Assembly (NCBI GenBank): GCA_002245135.1
Contig: NGBS01000002.1
Location: 186,001-250,000, forward strand
Reading direction: 5' to 3'
Source: Proteromonas lacertae
Taxonomy: Eukaryota
Length of the DNA stretch: 64,000 bases
Positions 27,671 to 42,200 of the stretch are shown here, piece after piece. The position numbers and the translations under genes were made by a program. Under the pieces are notes generated by a model. It was not told the origin of the DNA. It saw only the letters and a list, made by a program, of their open reading frames with translations, and made no database searches. The stretch's first letter is position 1; every line of letters starts with the position of its first letter.

Positions 27671-28859
27671 ATGCCAAAGAAATCAAATGAAACAAACAAT
27701 GATGATGATGATGATATTCCACTAAAATTGAATATTGGTAAAAAAACACATCAAACACAAAAACAAAAACCAATCACAATATCTACTCCAACAAAGACTC
27801 CACTCAAATTTTCTAGTATTCCATTACCATTAGCTCCGGCTATACAACCTTTGTATATTATTTAGATTATTATTTAGAACTCAATGGAACATTCCACCAA
27901 CTGTTGCATCTTCGGTGCAGACATCAGGATTAACAACTCCTACATCATCTGTATAATATATCTAACACTATATTGATGTTTTTATTAATAGTCTTCAAAA
28001 AAGAAATTCAGACCAAAAGGTTTTTCATCTTCTACTCCAGAGGCATCAACTTCAAATTCACAACAACAACAACCTCCTCCTATAACTACAACTAATACTT
28101 CTTCTTCATCAACAACTAAAACACCATCACTACCAATATCAAAATTCACAACAAAAGCTCAAAACACAGAAAGAACATTCAAACCAAAACCAAGAACCAA
28201 ATTAGTAAGTGGAAATGTCACATTATCATCAGGAGGATCCAATAATAACAGAGTTAGTTCAATACTTACAGGTTTATCAGATGAACATAATATAGATGAA
28301 ACTCCAATGCCAGAAAATACAAGCATTGAAGAAAGTAAAACTGCTCCAATCACATTACCATATGTAAAAAATCCACCAGAAAATAAATTTCTCACTTTGG
28401 AATCAGTTGGGACAATGTTTGATACTGTATTATATTATATTATATTATATATATATACATATATAGACTAATTCAAATGAATTTTTCTTAATGTCTTTTC
28501 CTTCCTATTTACCAGTATATCCACCAGAAAATGATGAAAATGATAATTCTAACAAGTTGAGAAGAATACCTGAAGGATTAATAGGAAAAGTATATATATA
28601 TCTTAGATTTGTAATTATTATAAATTAGTTACGTATTCATAAATCAGGAAAAGTAACAATGAAAATCGGTGATATGATATTGAATGTTAATCCTTCTCAA
28701 CCATCTCCATTTATTCAACAATTAGTGACATTAAATGCAGATACTCAACAGATGTGTATGATGGATGATATAAAACAACATATCATTTTAACACCAAATA
28801 TAAGCAACATTTTAAACGCTGATAGTAATTCAAGAAATACAAATTACAGAATATCTTAA
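27671..28859 (+). CDS. RPC4: RNA polymerase III subunit RPC4
   Basis: C-terminal PEGLIGK|LRIHKSGKVTMKIGDMILNV signature; four short introns. Confidence 0.88.
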
Positions 28860-28916
28860 TTTTTTTAATCTTTTTGTTTAAATTTATATTATTTTTAAAT
28901 GCTTAATTACTAGTAA

Positions 28917-30143
28917 TTAAATTACATATTTTAGATAAAGGATAGCATATAACAAGCTAATTTGAAACTGTTTTGAGTTGATAACCATATTAGTAACTTC
29001 AAATCGACGATATATTGGATAATTATGTGAATGATATGTTGAAATAAACAATTTAGGATGTTTTTCAAATCCATAATTCTCATTAAATCCATAATCATAA
29101 GTAAAAGGATTTAAACCTTCAATAGGAGAAAATAGTGGAATAAAATGATAGTTTAATGAATAACTTAAATAAAAATAATCAGCTGTAACAAATGCAGACA
29201 TTGTGCTAATTATTACAGCTTTCGATGAACTCATCCATAGAATATTTACAGTATTTGCTCCAAATGGTGCAATTATGATATTTGCATATAATATTGACTT
29301 AATTTGATCAATTGGTTTAATTCCATCAAAATGGATTATAGTATAGTTATAACCACTTTCTTCAATTATTTTAGTTAAATCATTTAAGTTTAATATCATC
29401 CTATATCTATTTTTATTCTTCCTAATAATTAACACAATTCTTACTGATTCTATTAAAACTTTTGGTTGGATTTTCAAAATTTTATATCCATCTTCTCTGA
29501 ATCTATTTCTTTGAAATAATGATCTAAATATTCCTAGCCAACCTCCATTTTGTGTTTTGAACATTAAATTCAAACTATTGAAACATATGTATCTATTATT
29601 GCTTTTTCTCATCAATTTTGCCAAATTTTGTTGATATATTATTTCATATTGTTTATAATTGTTTAAGATTATTCTTAACATCATATTATTATAGGGGATC
29701 GTTAGTCGTGGATCAAAATCTGCCATAATCAAATGCTCTAATGGTGGATATCTACCATCATCTTGAATATTATACAAAAACATTGTATCAAGAAAATGAC
29801 CAATGTTACTATGAAACCATAATGAAGTGAACCAAGCATTTTTAATTTCAATAGAATCTTCAGGAAATTCATCTATATAGAAATCAATGTTACTAAATAG
29901 TCCAAACATGTAACTACTCATTTTTTGTTTATATGAATTATATACATCAATATTTGGCACATAAATGTGTAAAATAGATTATTTTTTATCCAATTTCTTT
30001 TTTATACACACGTTATTAGCAGTAAACCAATAATTCCCTGTTTCGAGTAATAGTTTATCTTGAAAAACAAATGAAGAATATTCGCAAATTGTAATCTGAA
30101 TAAATTGAGTAACAAATAGAAAGCATATATTCTTTTCAATCAT
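28917..30143 (-). CDS. Glycosyltransferase family 61 (DUF563), intronless, with an in-frame TAA near the N-terminus
   Basis: NIGHFLD, R..RMILNL, DQIKSILYANIIIAPFGANTVNILWM. ATG 30143 with a hydrophobic leader is in the same frame but interrupted by TAA at 29979-29981. Confidence 0.7.
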
Positions 30144-30223
30144 TTTAAATAAAAAGCTTGATTCTCATTTGACACAAACACAAAATTTAAAAATAACATA
30201 TATATATATAATTTATCCATAAA

Positions 30224-33200
30224 TTATGGCATTTTACTTCTTTTCCTTCTACCTATTGTTGATGTTTTCCTATTATTTACCAGAGTTGAACTTCTTTTTA
30301 GATGTGGATTTACACTCATATTTGTTGTATTAACGCTTGCCATTGAAATTGATGTTTTACTTCCTTCTGCAACACTTAGTTCTGAAGAATGAGTCAAACT
30401 ATCTGTATCTTCCAGAGCTTCATCGCTAGTAAATCTATATACAAACTTTGGAATGAATTGCAAACCAATAATAAATAAAATCATTAGCTGATATCCTATT
30501 CCTCTAAATAAAATTAAAGAATCAGGAGATGTTTCTATAACAAATTCTAAAGCAAATAAAACAAGTGAGAAGAAGAGTAAAATAATGAATTAAGAAAATA
30601 TTATATCAATAGATTCATTTAAAAAAAGATATATTCTACAATAAATGTTACTAATAACATATAAGAATCTAAAAACTCATTTGCTCTTCTTCTTCCTTGA
30701 ATAGATTGAATTAATCCATAAAATATATTAATTCCTATAAGTACTGCAATAACAATTCTATGGAAATAATAAAATAAATACAAATAATATATACACGAAT
30801 ATTTCATTAGTAGAACATTCTTCATAGTATGAATCTGACAAGAATGTTGTTTCACTATTATCCAATTGCAATGTATATTCTGTATGAGATATTGTTTGAT
30901 ATAATATAGAAACAAATAATGGGAGCAAATAATTTAGAGCAAATAGTTTCACAGCATATAAAACATGAATATGAATCTTACGAACTTCTCTTCTTTTTGA
31001 TTTTCTAATTTTCCTTGCTTTTACTGTGAGTAATGAAGTAACAAGTGAATATGATAAAACAACTAAATTGACTCTTAAATAACATACTAATGAACTATTA
31101 TTCTCTGGAGCATATATTGTTGTTATAACAGAACCACTAGCAATCAACAAAGTTAATATTATAAAGTAATGATAAGGAGTTGAGAAGCATTTTATTACTC
31201 TTTTATTTTTATATTTCATTGTAAATACTAATGCTGCTAAAAGTGCTAAGCAATTAATTGCACAGAATATTAATGCAATATATTGAAGAGCTACTGTTCT
31301 CTTTAAGATTATAGTATCTTTTGTATTGAAATAATCTGATGGAGTACCATCAGGAAATGGAACTGGTTCATAGGTTTTAACTTCACCAATCTTAGGATTA
31401 ACTTGAACAAAGCCAGTAGTGATAATTTCCATTAAAAATGCTGATCTTTTTACATAATTATTCTCATCAACTGTAATAAGGCCAGAAGGTGCTAAGTATT
31501 GTAAACCAGGTAAAGTTAATCGTATATAATCTGTTGAAGGCCAATTATCTTTGTCGTGAGAGTTTGAATCTTTTTCAGATATATAATTCTTAGCAATATT
31601 AACAGCTTCTTTGATTAACTGCATTGCTATATAAGTATTTTCATAGTAAGGAGTTATATAGAATTGAGAATCTAATTTATCTTTTGCATTGTTAATAAAT
31701 GCATAATTTGATGATGATTCAATTTCCTCTTGATATGATATTGGGATATAACTTCCTAGTGAATGTACTGATATATCTGATGATCCTAATAAATAATGAT
31801 CGAAGATAAAATTGACAAAAAAGAATCTTTTCAATCTCAAATTATATTTTATATAATACTTCATACAAGTGATGGAATTTGATAATTTCAATGCAATAAA
31901 TACTATGATTTAAATTATTATATAAAAGAATATACTAATCAAATTATTTATCTTACCATATATTGATTCAAATTTCTTCATTACAGTGTCACATTCTCTT
32001 CCATCATTGATTATTTTTTCACCTAATAATGCTGTGTTTGATATACTTTTTATACCTGTCACGATATTTTGATAATATTCAGCTGTAAAAATGATTAAGG
32101 ATAATCAATTAATAATATAAAAACAATCAAAAAAAGATATTCATTCTCTTTATCAATTAATATGAAATAATTGGTGAAATATTGTTTTGTATAATCTATT
32201 GATACTTGTACCATTTGCGATAATGTTGATCCAACAGTGAATGTATATTTGGAGAAGAAATTTCCATTACTATTACCTACATACATAAATATCATCCTTT
32301 TCTCATTTGTAACTTTACTAACAATATCTCTACATCCACTTGTTATACAACCAACTATTGCTTTGACTGATGGATCATTACATAATTCTATTGTTGTATT
32401 TTCTATCAATTCATTTGGTACTATTTTCACTATTGCATAAACTTCATAACCATTTATTCCTCCTGTATTATCTAATTGATTCACTGTATCGTCAAAACAT
32501 AACCATACATTATATTTTTCTTGATATGGCTCATAATCTTTTTCTACAATCAATGCAATTCGAATTATTTTCTCAATCTTATACACACCATTATGATTTG
32601 TAAAGTCACATGATTTTCCACTATTCTCTTTTATCCATCTTGAAAACGTATAAGGATAAACTAAACCAGATGGTGATGATACTGGTGTTAATACTTTATT
32701 CCTCATTTCAGTTATATATACTCTTCTTGACAAGTAATTGTTTGTTTCTAATTGAATATAACCAGTAGCAACACTATGTTTCTTTCCTGTCATACCTTTT
32801 CTTATTGATAATGGTTCAAAACTTCCACTTTCTCTTACTCCAGTTGCCCATAATTTAACTGCAGTATAGGCTGCTTCAACAATGGCAGTAACAACTACAG
32901 AATTCTTATATTCTTCTTGGAATTTATCATAAAACATTTTTAATTTCTGATTACTTCTTAATGTAGATTTGCCTAATACTGAGAACCAACTTGATATGAA
33001 TCTATCTTCTTCAAAATATTGTTCATTTCCTGTCAATATCAGCTCATCAACTAACATATGATAATAGATATATGTCGGAGGTTTTAAGCCAATTGAATAC
33101 GAGTCTTGTGCCAATTTCAACGAATCGTAAGAATAAACAATATCCAATAGAATTGCACCATTAGGATAGTCTACTAATATTTTCTGCAATGATTCTATAG

Positions 33201-36200
33201 AACTATAAAGATAAGCATCATATCGAACTTGAATTTCTTTTAATAATTCAGCAATAATATCTTTAGCAACAATACTAAATGATGAATTTGAATATACTAT
33301 TGCATATGCATTCGTTTGTTCCATTGAAAAAGTTGCTTTTACTGCCGATATTAATTGATTAAACACAGTTTGTGTTGTAATTCCAAAACTACTACAACTT
33401 TCACCTATTGCAATTCCTGGATAGAATAACAATTTCTTTGCTTTTGAGAAATAAGGTTCCATCACTTTATACTCATCATCCCAACTTCCACCAAATACAG
33501 TATTTAATCCTGTTAAAGCAGCTGTTTCTTGACTTAAAGCAGGCAATTTTTCTAAATCTGATGCTGTATCAATAACGTCCAATTCTATTTTATTTCCAGA
33601 AAGACCTCCTTCGCTGTTTATTTCTTTTATTGCCAATTGAATTGCACTTAATATTCCTCTGCCTCTTTCTTCATCTTCTCCTGTTAATGAAGTAACCACA
33701 GCAACTTTATGACTTGGATATTTATATTTTGCTCCATATTTTGAATTAGTTAAATCACATATATAAACTCCACTATTGATTAATTCTTTCCAAACTGATG
33801 GCTCACCTAAATCATCTGTTGATACTACTGATAATCTACCATCTGAATTACCTGAATATGATCCAATATATGTTACTCTTTTTGCAACATTGTTACTTGC
33901 TATTGTGAAAATTCCTGATGGTGACTTATACTCTGTATTGAAATATTCCAAATCTAATTTGCTAATTGGTATATCTTTATGATCATTAACTACTTTTTGC
34001 CAGAATAATACTGCAGTATAAAATGCCTCATGATAGCTATTTATAGGTATTCCTGTTGGTAAACCCACTTCCATTGCTTCTTTAAATGCTTTGTTTTCTT
34101 TTGTATCAATTGTATTAAAGTATTTATTTATTGAAAAGAATGGTTCAACTCCATATATTGCTGCATTTTCTGATGTTGAATATGAATAGAAATGATAATC
34201 TGAATCTACTGGTCTTAACTCTTTTAATGCAGCAGATATAAGAACATGCAACCTTACTGTACCAAAGAAGAATATAGAAGCATTACTTGTTAATCGTGCA
34301 ATCATATTCTTTATTGCAGACACTACGTTATCTGTTGTTTCATCTAATGTTATTGAGTATAATACATCTCCATATAAATAATTTATATATCTTTCAGAAT
34401 AAGTTGTAAATTTCAAACTTGTTGCATCAGATGTCCCAATTATTCCAAAAGATCTACGACCTAAATTCAAAGCTCTTTTAATAATAAATTCAACAGCTGT
34501 AGCATCAACACCAATATGGATGATATTCCTTTCACATGATTCTCCTCCATATACTCCAATGTGGAATATTTTAACTTCCTTTTCAATAGCTAATGCATTT
34601 ATCATATCTAAACAAATTGAACTTGCTGTTGTAAATATTGCACTGTAGTTTCCTTTTGTTAATAGATTATTCAATTGAGTATGACAATTTGTCGAATCTG
34701 ACTCATCATCAACTGTAGTGATTTCTACTCTATTTCCTCTGATAGCTTCATTATTATTTATCTCTTGTATTACTAAACTAAATATATCATTTATTCCTTT
34801 ATAATCTAAACTATAAGCACCTGACTCAGATGTTAAAAGAATGACTTTAATAACATCCACCATAACAGTTGCATCACTATTATCTCCTAGAACTAAAGAT
34901 GTATCACATAATTTTCCAAAATTTCCTGGTAAATGCCAATTAAATGATTCTGGCTCAACCTCTAAATACTTTCTAACAATTACAGCATTTGAACCTTCAT
35001 ACTTATATACAAAAATATCTCTATAAAGATAATTACTTTTAGCAAATCTTACATATTTTTCCATAGTTAATGTTTTATTGAATAACAGAGGCTTTATTAT
35101 ATTCATATTCAACGATCCTGCCTGTAACACACACTCATATACCTTCTCAAATAGTAAAACAGTAGATACACTTTCTTCAATAATATCTTCCATTCCTGTA
35201 TATTTATGAAGCAGATTATGAACATTTTTTATAATACTATTCTCAGAATCTGGTGCATCAATACCACCAATAAAATAGTAAGGTATTGTCAAGTCTGGTA
35301 ATTCTTCTCTAATTGTTATTGGATTGACTCTAACTTGAATTATATCATATATATCTCTATTTGGTTGTATAATCTCAATATTCTCCAACAAACTAACCAA
35401 TGGTATAACGTTTAAAAAACTAACAATTAAACCTCCTCTACCTAATTTAGATAAAATTGTTCTTACAGTATTTAATGATATTCTGTCATAATCACCTATA
35501 CTAAGTGTATATGCCATTGTAAATCTAGAATCCATTGTCATCATAAATACACCTCCAAAATATCCCCATGTATCCATCTTTGCATTACTGTATAATAATA
35601 CAACATTAAATCTATTCTCTAAACTCATCATAAATGTCATTGTTGAATCTATAATTTGGTTTGGAATTGGACCTGAAAATAAGATATTTGGATGGCATAA
35701 TTCAGCTTCAAATTTCTTTGGATATAATAACAACTTCCTTTCCTCTGTTAATAATATTTTCTGAATTGTATTTAAACAGAAATGTGTAGTACAACCTATA
35801 TACAATAAATTATTCTCATATTTCATTGAATCTTTAAGTCTTTGATCTAATGTTAAATCATTATCATTATAAAACAGAAATACAATTGACAATGGAACAC
35901 CAAATATACCACCTTTTTCATTTACATCTTCAATAGCAGCTACACAAGAAGATAGAATATAAATGAAATAAGGTTCATCTTTTAATGATAATATTACTGT
36001 TACATTCATTGCCAATTTTGGCAATTTATCTCCAATTCCATTCTTATTGTTTCCTGACCAATCACATGTATATATATCATATGACATATATCTTGTTGAA
36101 TATGGATCAGGTGAATAATCTGATGTACTATCAAATTTTACATCAAATTTATAACCCTCATCTGAGTTTACAACTTCAGCAATATATATTGGTATTGATA

Positions 36201-39200
36201 AATGGTGATTTTTAGTGGATGAAACCATACCAAATGAAGTATCAAAACTAATATCATTTAAAGTTGCTATGACATTTTCAACAGCAATGGATTTCTTTGC
36301 TTCTATTGCTTGTCTCCACAATAATACAGCTGATAATGCATAAAACTGATTTACAGATCTTGAAGTTATATAAGGATAATAAGCATCATAATACCTATTA
36401 ATTACAAATATTATTGAACTAGTATATTCAATTTTATCTGTCAGCAATATATGTCCTTCAAAATAAACAGCATATTCAGTATTAACAACCATAGCATCAA
36501 TCCCTAATATATAGAATGTATATTGTGGAGCTTTCAATCCAGACAAATATGCTAATTTATAAAATTCATATCTATTTGGACCATCTATTAAGGTGATTAC
36601 TATTCCATCACCTAATAAATGAAGTAATGTACTTTCTACAATTCCTGTCATATCTGTTGTATCAAATGGGATTTTCAATTTCTGATAGATTGATACATCC
36701 AAATCATTCAAATCAGCTTCAATTATCTTTGCTACTGTACTATAATAGTAATTATTTGTATAAACAATGATAATTCTCCTTTTTGTCCTTATATGATCTT
36801 CTTGAATATAATATCTTATGTATTTCTAGATAATAATAATATAATACTCATAATTAAAATACTCTTGCTGTAAATGGAACTCCAACATATGAAATACATT
36901 CTTCACATTCTAAACCTTCATAATCATGAGCATAAAATAATAGTATTTTGTTTTTTCTTAAGTATGGTATTGCTGCTTTTCTCATCTCAGAAATATAAAA
37001 TAAAGGAAATTATAATAAGAGACGAAGAAAAAAAAAGATATTTACTTAATCCGAACATAAAACTAACACCATTTTCTACTAATATAGAAGTAGCATTACC
37101 TATTCTAGATGGATCTGACTGAATATCAATCGTAATCGGGTGAATATATAATCCTCTAATACCGTTATATTCTATATTACATAAATCAATGGCCATTAAA
37201 TATGTTGATAATAAACTAATATCTTGTAAAGAATAAGAACCAGATAGAGAAACTAATAATCCAACCTTAATAAGAGATCTTTCATATCTCTCAGAAAATG
37301 ATTCTTTCCAATTACATGTATATATTCTACTTTCTCTATAGGTTCTTTTCCATATTTGAGAATCAAATGTGGCTTTTATTGTATATGTAACAAAACGAAG
37401 TAGACCATCACTATCTTTTTTATACATACTAATAGGTCTTGATAAAACGTTGGTTCTATCCATTTTCAAATAACCAAATGGACTTTCTTCATCAATACTA
37501 TATACATTTTCAAATATATAGGATTGCTTAACAGAATCATCTGTTTTTAACAAAACTGATAACATATATAAAGATAATAGAACATTTATTTCATCTCCTC
37601 TAATTACATAACTCTGTGTCAAAATACTATTAATCTGCTCTTGAATATTTGATTCAGTAACTAATTGAGATGTAACAACGTATTGATTTACAGTATAACT
37701 TTTATCTATCAATCCAAAAGTATAATCATCAAAACATATTACAGTATAAGGTTTTGATAAATTAAATGCACTTAATCTGTCAATTATATACTGCTTAAAC
37801 AATTTAAAGAATGTTTTTAATGATTCACCACTTAATGTTGTAACTATAAAAGTATTTGATGATCCATAGTAAGTAATGTTCTCAAGGAATGAAATTACAT
37901 CATCTTTTAGATTTGCTTCATTTACTTTCATCAATCCAGATACTTCAAAATTAATTACATCAAATGAACTTATTATAATGTCATTATATACTTCCATTGA
38001 AGGATTTGAATCATAAATAAAAGCTATTTGTTTTCCAAATGCATATAACATGTAATTGATTGAATATGATATATATTGATCTGGTGATGGAGTAATCAAA
38101 TATCTAATAGAAATATGATGATAAATATTATATTATAAATACGAGTTCTGTTTACATATTCCTCCTGTATTTACTCCTGTATAAAATAGTACAGTTTTCT
38201 TCAATACTTCATCCTCTGCAAATGTATTTATAGTATTTGTATCACATCCACCAATAAAAATCAATATGCCAAAATCTTCTATTCCTTTTTTTATTTTTGT
38301 TAGCTTAACATTATTTGTTGGACAATCGTACAAATGAGGAACCTATTATATTTACATAATATGATATTTAACATACAACAAATCTTTCATTGAAATGATA
38401 ATTTCCTCTAAGTTCATTCAAATACCAATTGATTAGTATCACATTCTGTAAAGCCTTTGTAGATGTTATATCATCAAATATAAATCCGAAATGAAGAGGA
38501 ATATTTCTACCATCACTACTACCACCGTTCTGTTGATAAAAATCACATACTCTATCATAATTATCAGTAGTCTATATATATATAAAATGAATTATTTATA
38601 CAGTCCAATCATATCCATTTGAATATAATGGAGATGGATATGAAACATATAATTCTTCATTATAATTACCATTATTGTCATCGCTAATTAATCTAGTTAG
38701 ATAAAAACTTTTAGAGAAATATCTTCCATCTGTTACTTTCATATTATTACCTTCTGGAGTATCAATATTCATATCTTTGAAATGTAATAATACAGTTGAA
38801 GCTTTAAGCATTTTCTTTGATTGAATAGCATCTCTAGTTTTGATAAGAATTTCATAAAATGATATGAAATCTTCTTCTAATAGTAATTCTGTATCTCCAA
38901 GATAAGTCTCTATATTCTTAATCATATTCATATTTGCTTCATTTTCTAAATCTTTATAATACGAAGTCAATATCAAATGATCACTGAAATTTTGAAATAA
39001 TTCATCACCTCTATTGTATAATAAATTATTAACATATCTTCTGGATAAGGTAAAATGTATATTCTCAGCATTTCCTGTTCTACAACTAACATTATTAACA
39101 AATTTCACTGTTGTATCTCCCATTATGAAGAAATTCTTCTGCTTCGTTGTACAATCCCTAAAATCATTATCAAATGATTCAGCTCCTGATTCTATCTCTA

Positions 39201-42200
39201 TAAATTCACATTTTTTAGTAGTATAACTATTAGCAAGAAATTTCTTTGCAGATACAATCATATGTTGAGAATATGAATCATTTGTATAATATATAACACA
39301 TTTATCTGATTCTAATATTAGGTAGTTCAGTGCTGGATATAAACTATTATCAATAGTTCTAGAATAGTATATCAATTAAGAAATCAATAATTGTTATATA
39401 TAACATTAAAAAAAGATATAACTATAGTGTTTGCTTCACACACATCTCCATCGAATGGATAGAATAGAAATAATATTTTATCATACACTGTTATTATATC
39501 ATTAAGTATCTTTCTATTTTCTCTTCTATTTAATAATATATATAATGTAAAAAATTATACGATATAACTCCTGTAAATGCAAAAACAAGTTCATCTTTTG
39601 CTAACGCATTCAATTCTTTTTTGATTTCAGAAAGTGACTTTTCATATTTGGGGAAGATTGGCTTTACTATTCCATTTAATAAACCACCTTGAATATTTAA
39701 AAAATCACATGCTGCAATTGCTACTTCAGCCAAATTAGAAAATATCTTTTGATATTCATGTTTATAAGGTAGTAATACAACTAGTTTATAGACATTGTAC
39801 GATGAATGTATGTCATTATTAAACACTATAATAATTATATTAGAAGATAATTATATATATATATATACCATAATGAGAATAATCACAAATCTGATTTGTA
39901 TTTTCAATCATCACATAAGTTCTAAATGATGCATAAGTTTTAGAACTTAACGAAAACAACCTCACATAGTTCTTTTTTGTTCCCTATATAATAATTAGAT
40001 AAAATGATATATACCATTACTAAATGAAATCCATTAATTGCATAACCTGACTCAGTTATACCAAATGGACCATTAGTAGTATTAATATAAGTTCCAACTA
40101 TTTGCCTATTTAATTAATATATATTTAACTGTAATAATACTTTTGAATATATTCATATTTTGTTGATAAAGCATTCAACATCCACTATTATAGATAATAA
40201 TAATATTTTATAAATACTTCTTTAAAGAGATATATTGCATTATATGCTGTAATCTGATCATTACTAATTGCACCTTCATTATCAGTATAATATTTCTTTA
40301 TATTCTCTTTTAATTCATTAAGATTTCCTTGATTTTCATCAACATAGTATGAAAAAGTGTAGAATTTATATGGATATTCATAACCTGTATCTAAAAACAA
40401 ATTTTGATTAATATCGGGGATTATAATTCGATACATTGAATTCATATCTTGAATATTAATAGCTTTAACAACCAAATCTAAATACTCTTCTTCTAAACAC
40501 AATATTCCATATCCTACAGCTTCTATATCTATATCATTGCTCTCTTCATCAGAAGCTAAAATAGAATCAAGTTCTTTTCCATCTAATTTAATAATACAAA
40601 TAAATAAATAATATATACAAGGATATAACGTAGATCTAAACACTGATATAGCTGTCATTGCTTCAGCTCTTGAACATTCAATCATTTTATATTCCACTAT
40701 ATTTGTAATACCATTCTCTATTAATTTCTCCTTCCATTGTTTCGCTGTAATTGTTCCATATTCTAATGTACTTGATATTATGACAATTGGATTTGTATTT
40801 TCTCTCAAAAGAGTTGTAAATGCTTTTGATATTTTAGCAGTAGTTGAAATTGCTGTAGTAACCAATTTTTCTTTACATTCAGCACTAGATGCGTATTTCA
40901 AAGCTATTACTTGAACATTTGTTAGCTTTTGAATTGATAACTGATTTAATAATTCATTTCTATCTTCCATTCTTAACGTGGTTAAAATATAATTAAATTC
41001 GCCTGTATCATAGAATCTTTTCAACTATATTATAAGTAAAATAAAGTGAAATTATATACTGTTTTAACTGTTTGAGTAATATTCATATTACCATCCATCA
41101 ACATTGGCAATATTCTAACTCCAAAATTATTAAACTACAATATATTATAATGAATTAATATATACATTAATTAATTCTCTCATAGCTTGAATTACTGCAT
41201 CAACAATATACATATCTTTACCTGAATAAGGCCCAGTAATATACACTATTAGAGCAATATCATATTGTTGAATATCTTTCACTTTTGGACTTTGGAATGA
41301 ACAAGTAATCTTTCTTGGCCTTCCATAATAGAAATTGTAAGTAAATAATTCATCTCTTTGAATAGTAACATCAGTTATTAAATTTCCACTTCCATCATGA
41401 TTAGTTGATAAATATACATCAGAAGTAAGCGTATTTATATGCGATACAAATATTGATACTTTATCATTGCTGCTTGATATATTTACTTCAATAGTGTTAT
41501 CATACAAAACATAAAACAAATTTGGTACAAAATCACTCAATGTCTTTTTATAACCATATAAAAATACTTCAAACATTATATGCAACTTATAAAAGACTAA
41601 ATCTTCTAAATCAGGGGTGGGTTTATACAAAACATTATAATAACTAAGATATTCAGCATAATATGTTACTATTATATCACTTGTATAATAATTATAATTA
41701 TATAATTCCATAACTTCTATATTTAAAGGTATTTCATAATAATCATTTACATCTATAAGGTCTTGTAGAATTGATTCGGTTGTGGTTGGATCTGCTAATA
41801 TAACAAGGTTAATCTCTTCGTCATATTCATTAAAAGTGTTGATTAAAATATCACCAGTTCTTTGAGGTATTGCATTTTCACCAGGTTGAAGAGGAGGTAA
41901 TTCAACTAAAGTTCCACCAATTATAGGAAGGAATTCTTTTAAATAATCTACATATACAGAATATGGATGATTTTCTTGATATAGTACAGCTATGAATTTT
42001 GATTCTTTAACCATATACATTGTATCTATGTAAAAAATTAATCATAAAGGGTGTATACATCTTTCAGCATATCTTCTAAACGATCCATAATACATGATAT
42101 TACTATGACAAGCATCAAATAACTGCGGTGTTGTAGTCCACAGTATCATTTTTGATTCTATCAGTTTCTCATTGATTTTGGTGAAATTATCGAAGATTAT

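Noticed and set aside
4261..30143. Reassigned genetic code (TAA as sense), given in-frame TAAs at 4369, 4489, 4711 and 29979
   Set aside because: Multi-kilobase ORFs contain no internal TAA, and most genes end in TAA.
32095..36711. Treating the 1538-aa ORF as a stand-alone urea ABC transporter binding protein
   Set aside because: It starts at TTG in mid-module, and both ends splice in frame to neighbouring exons.
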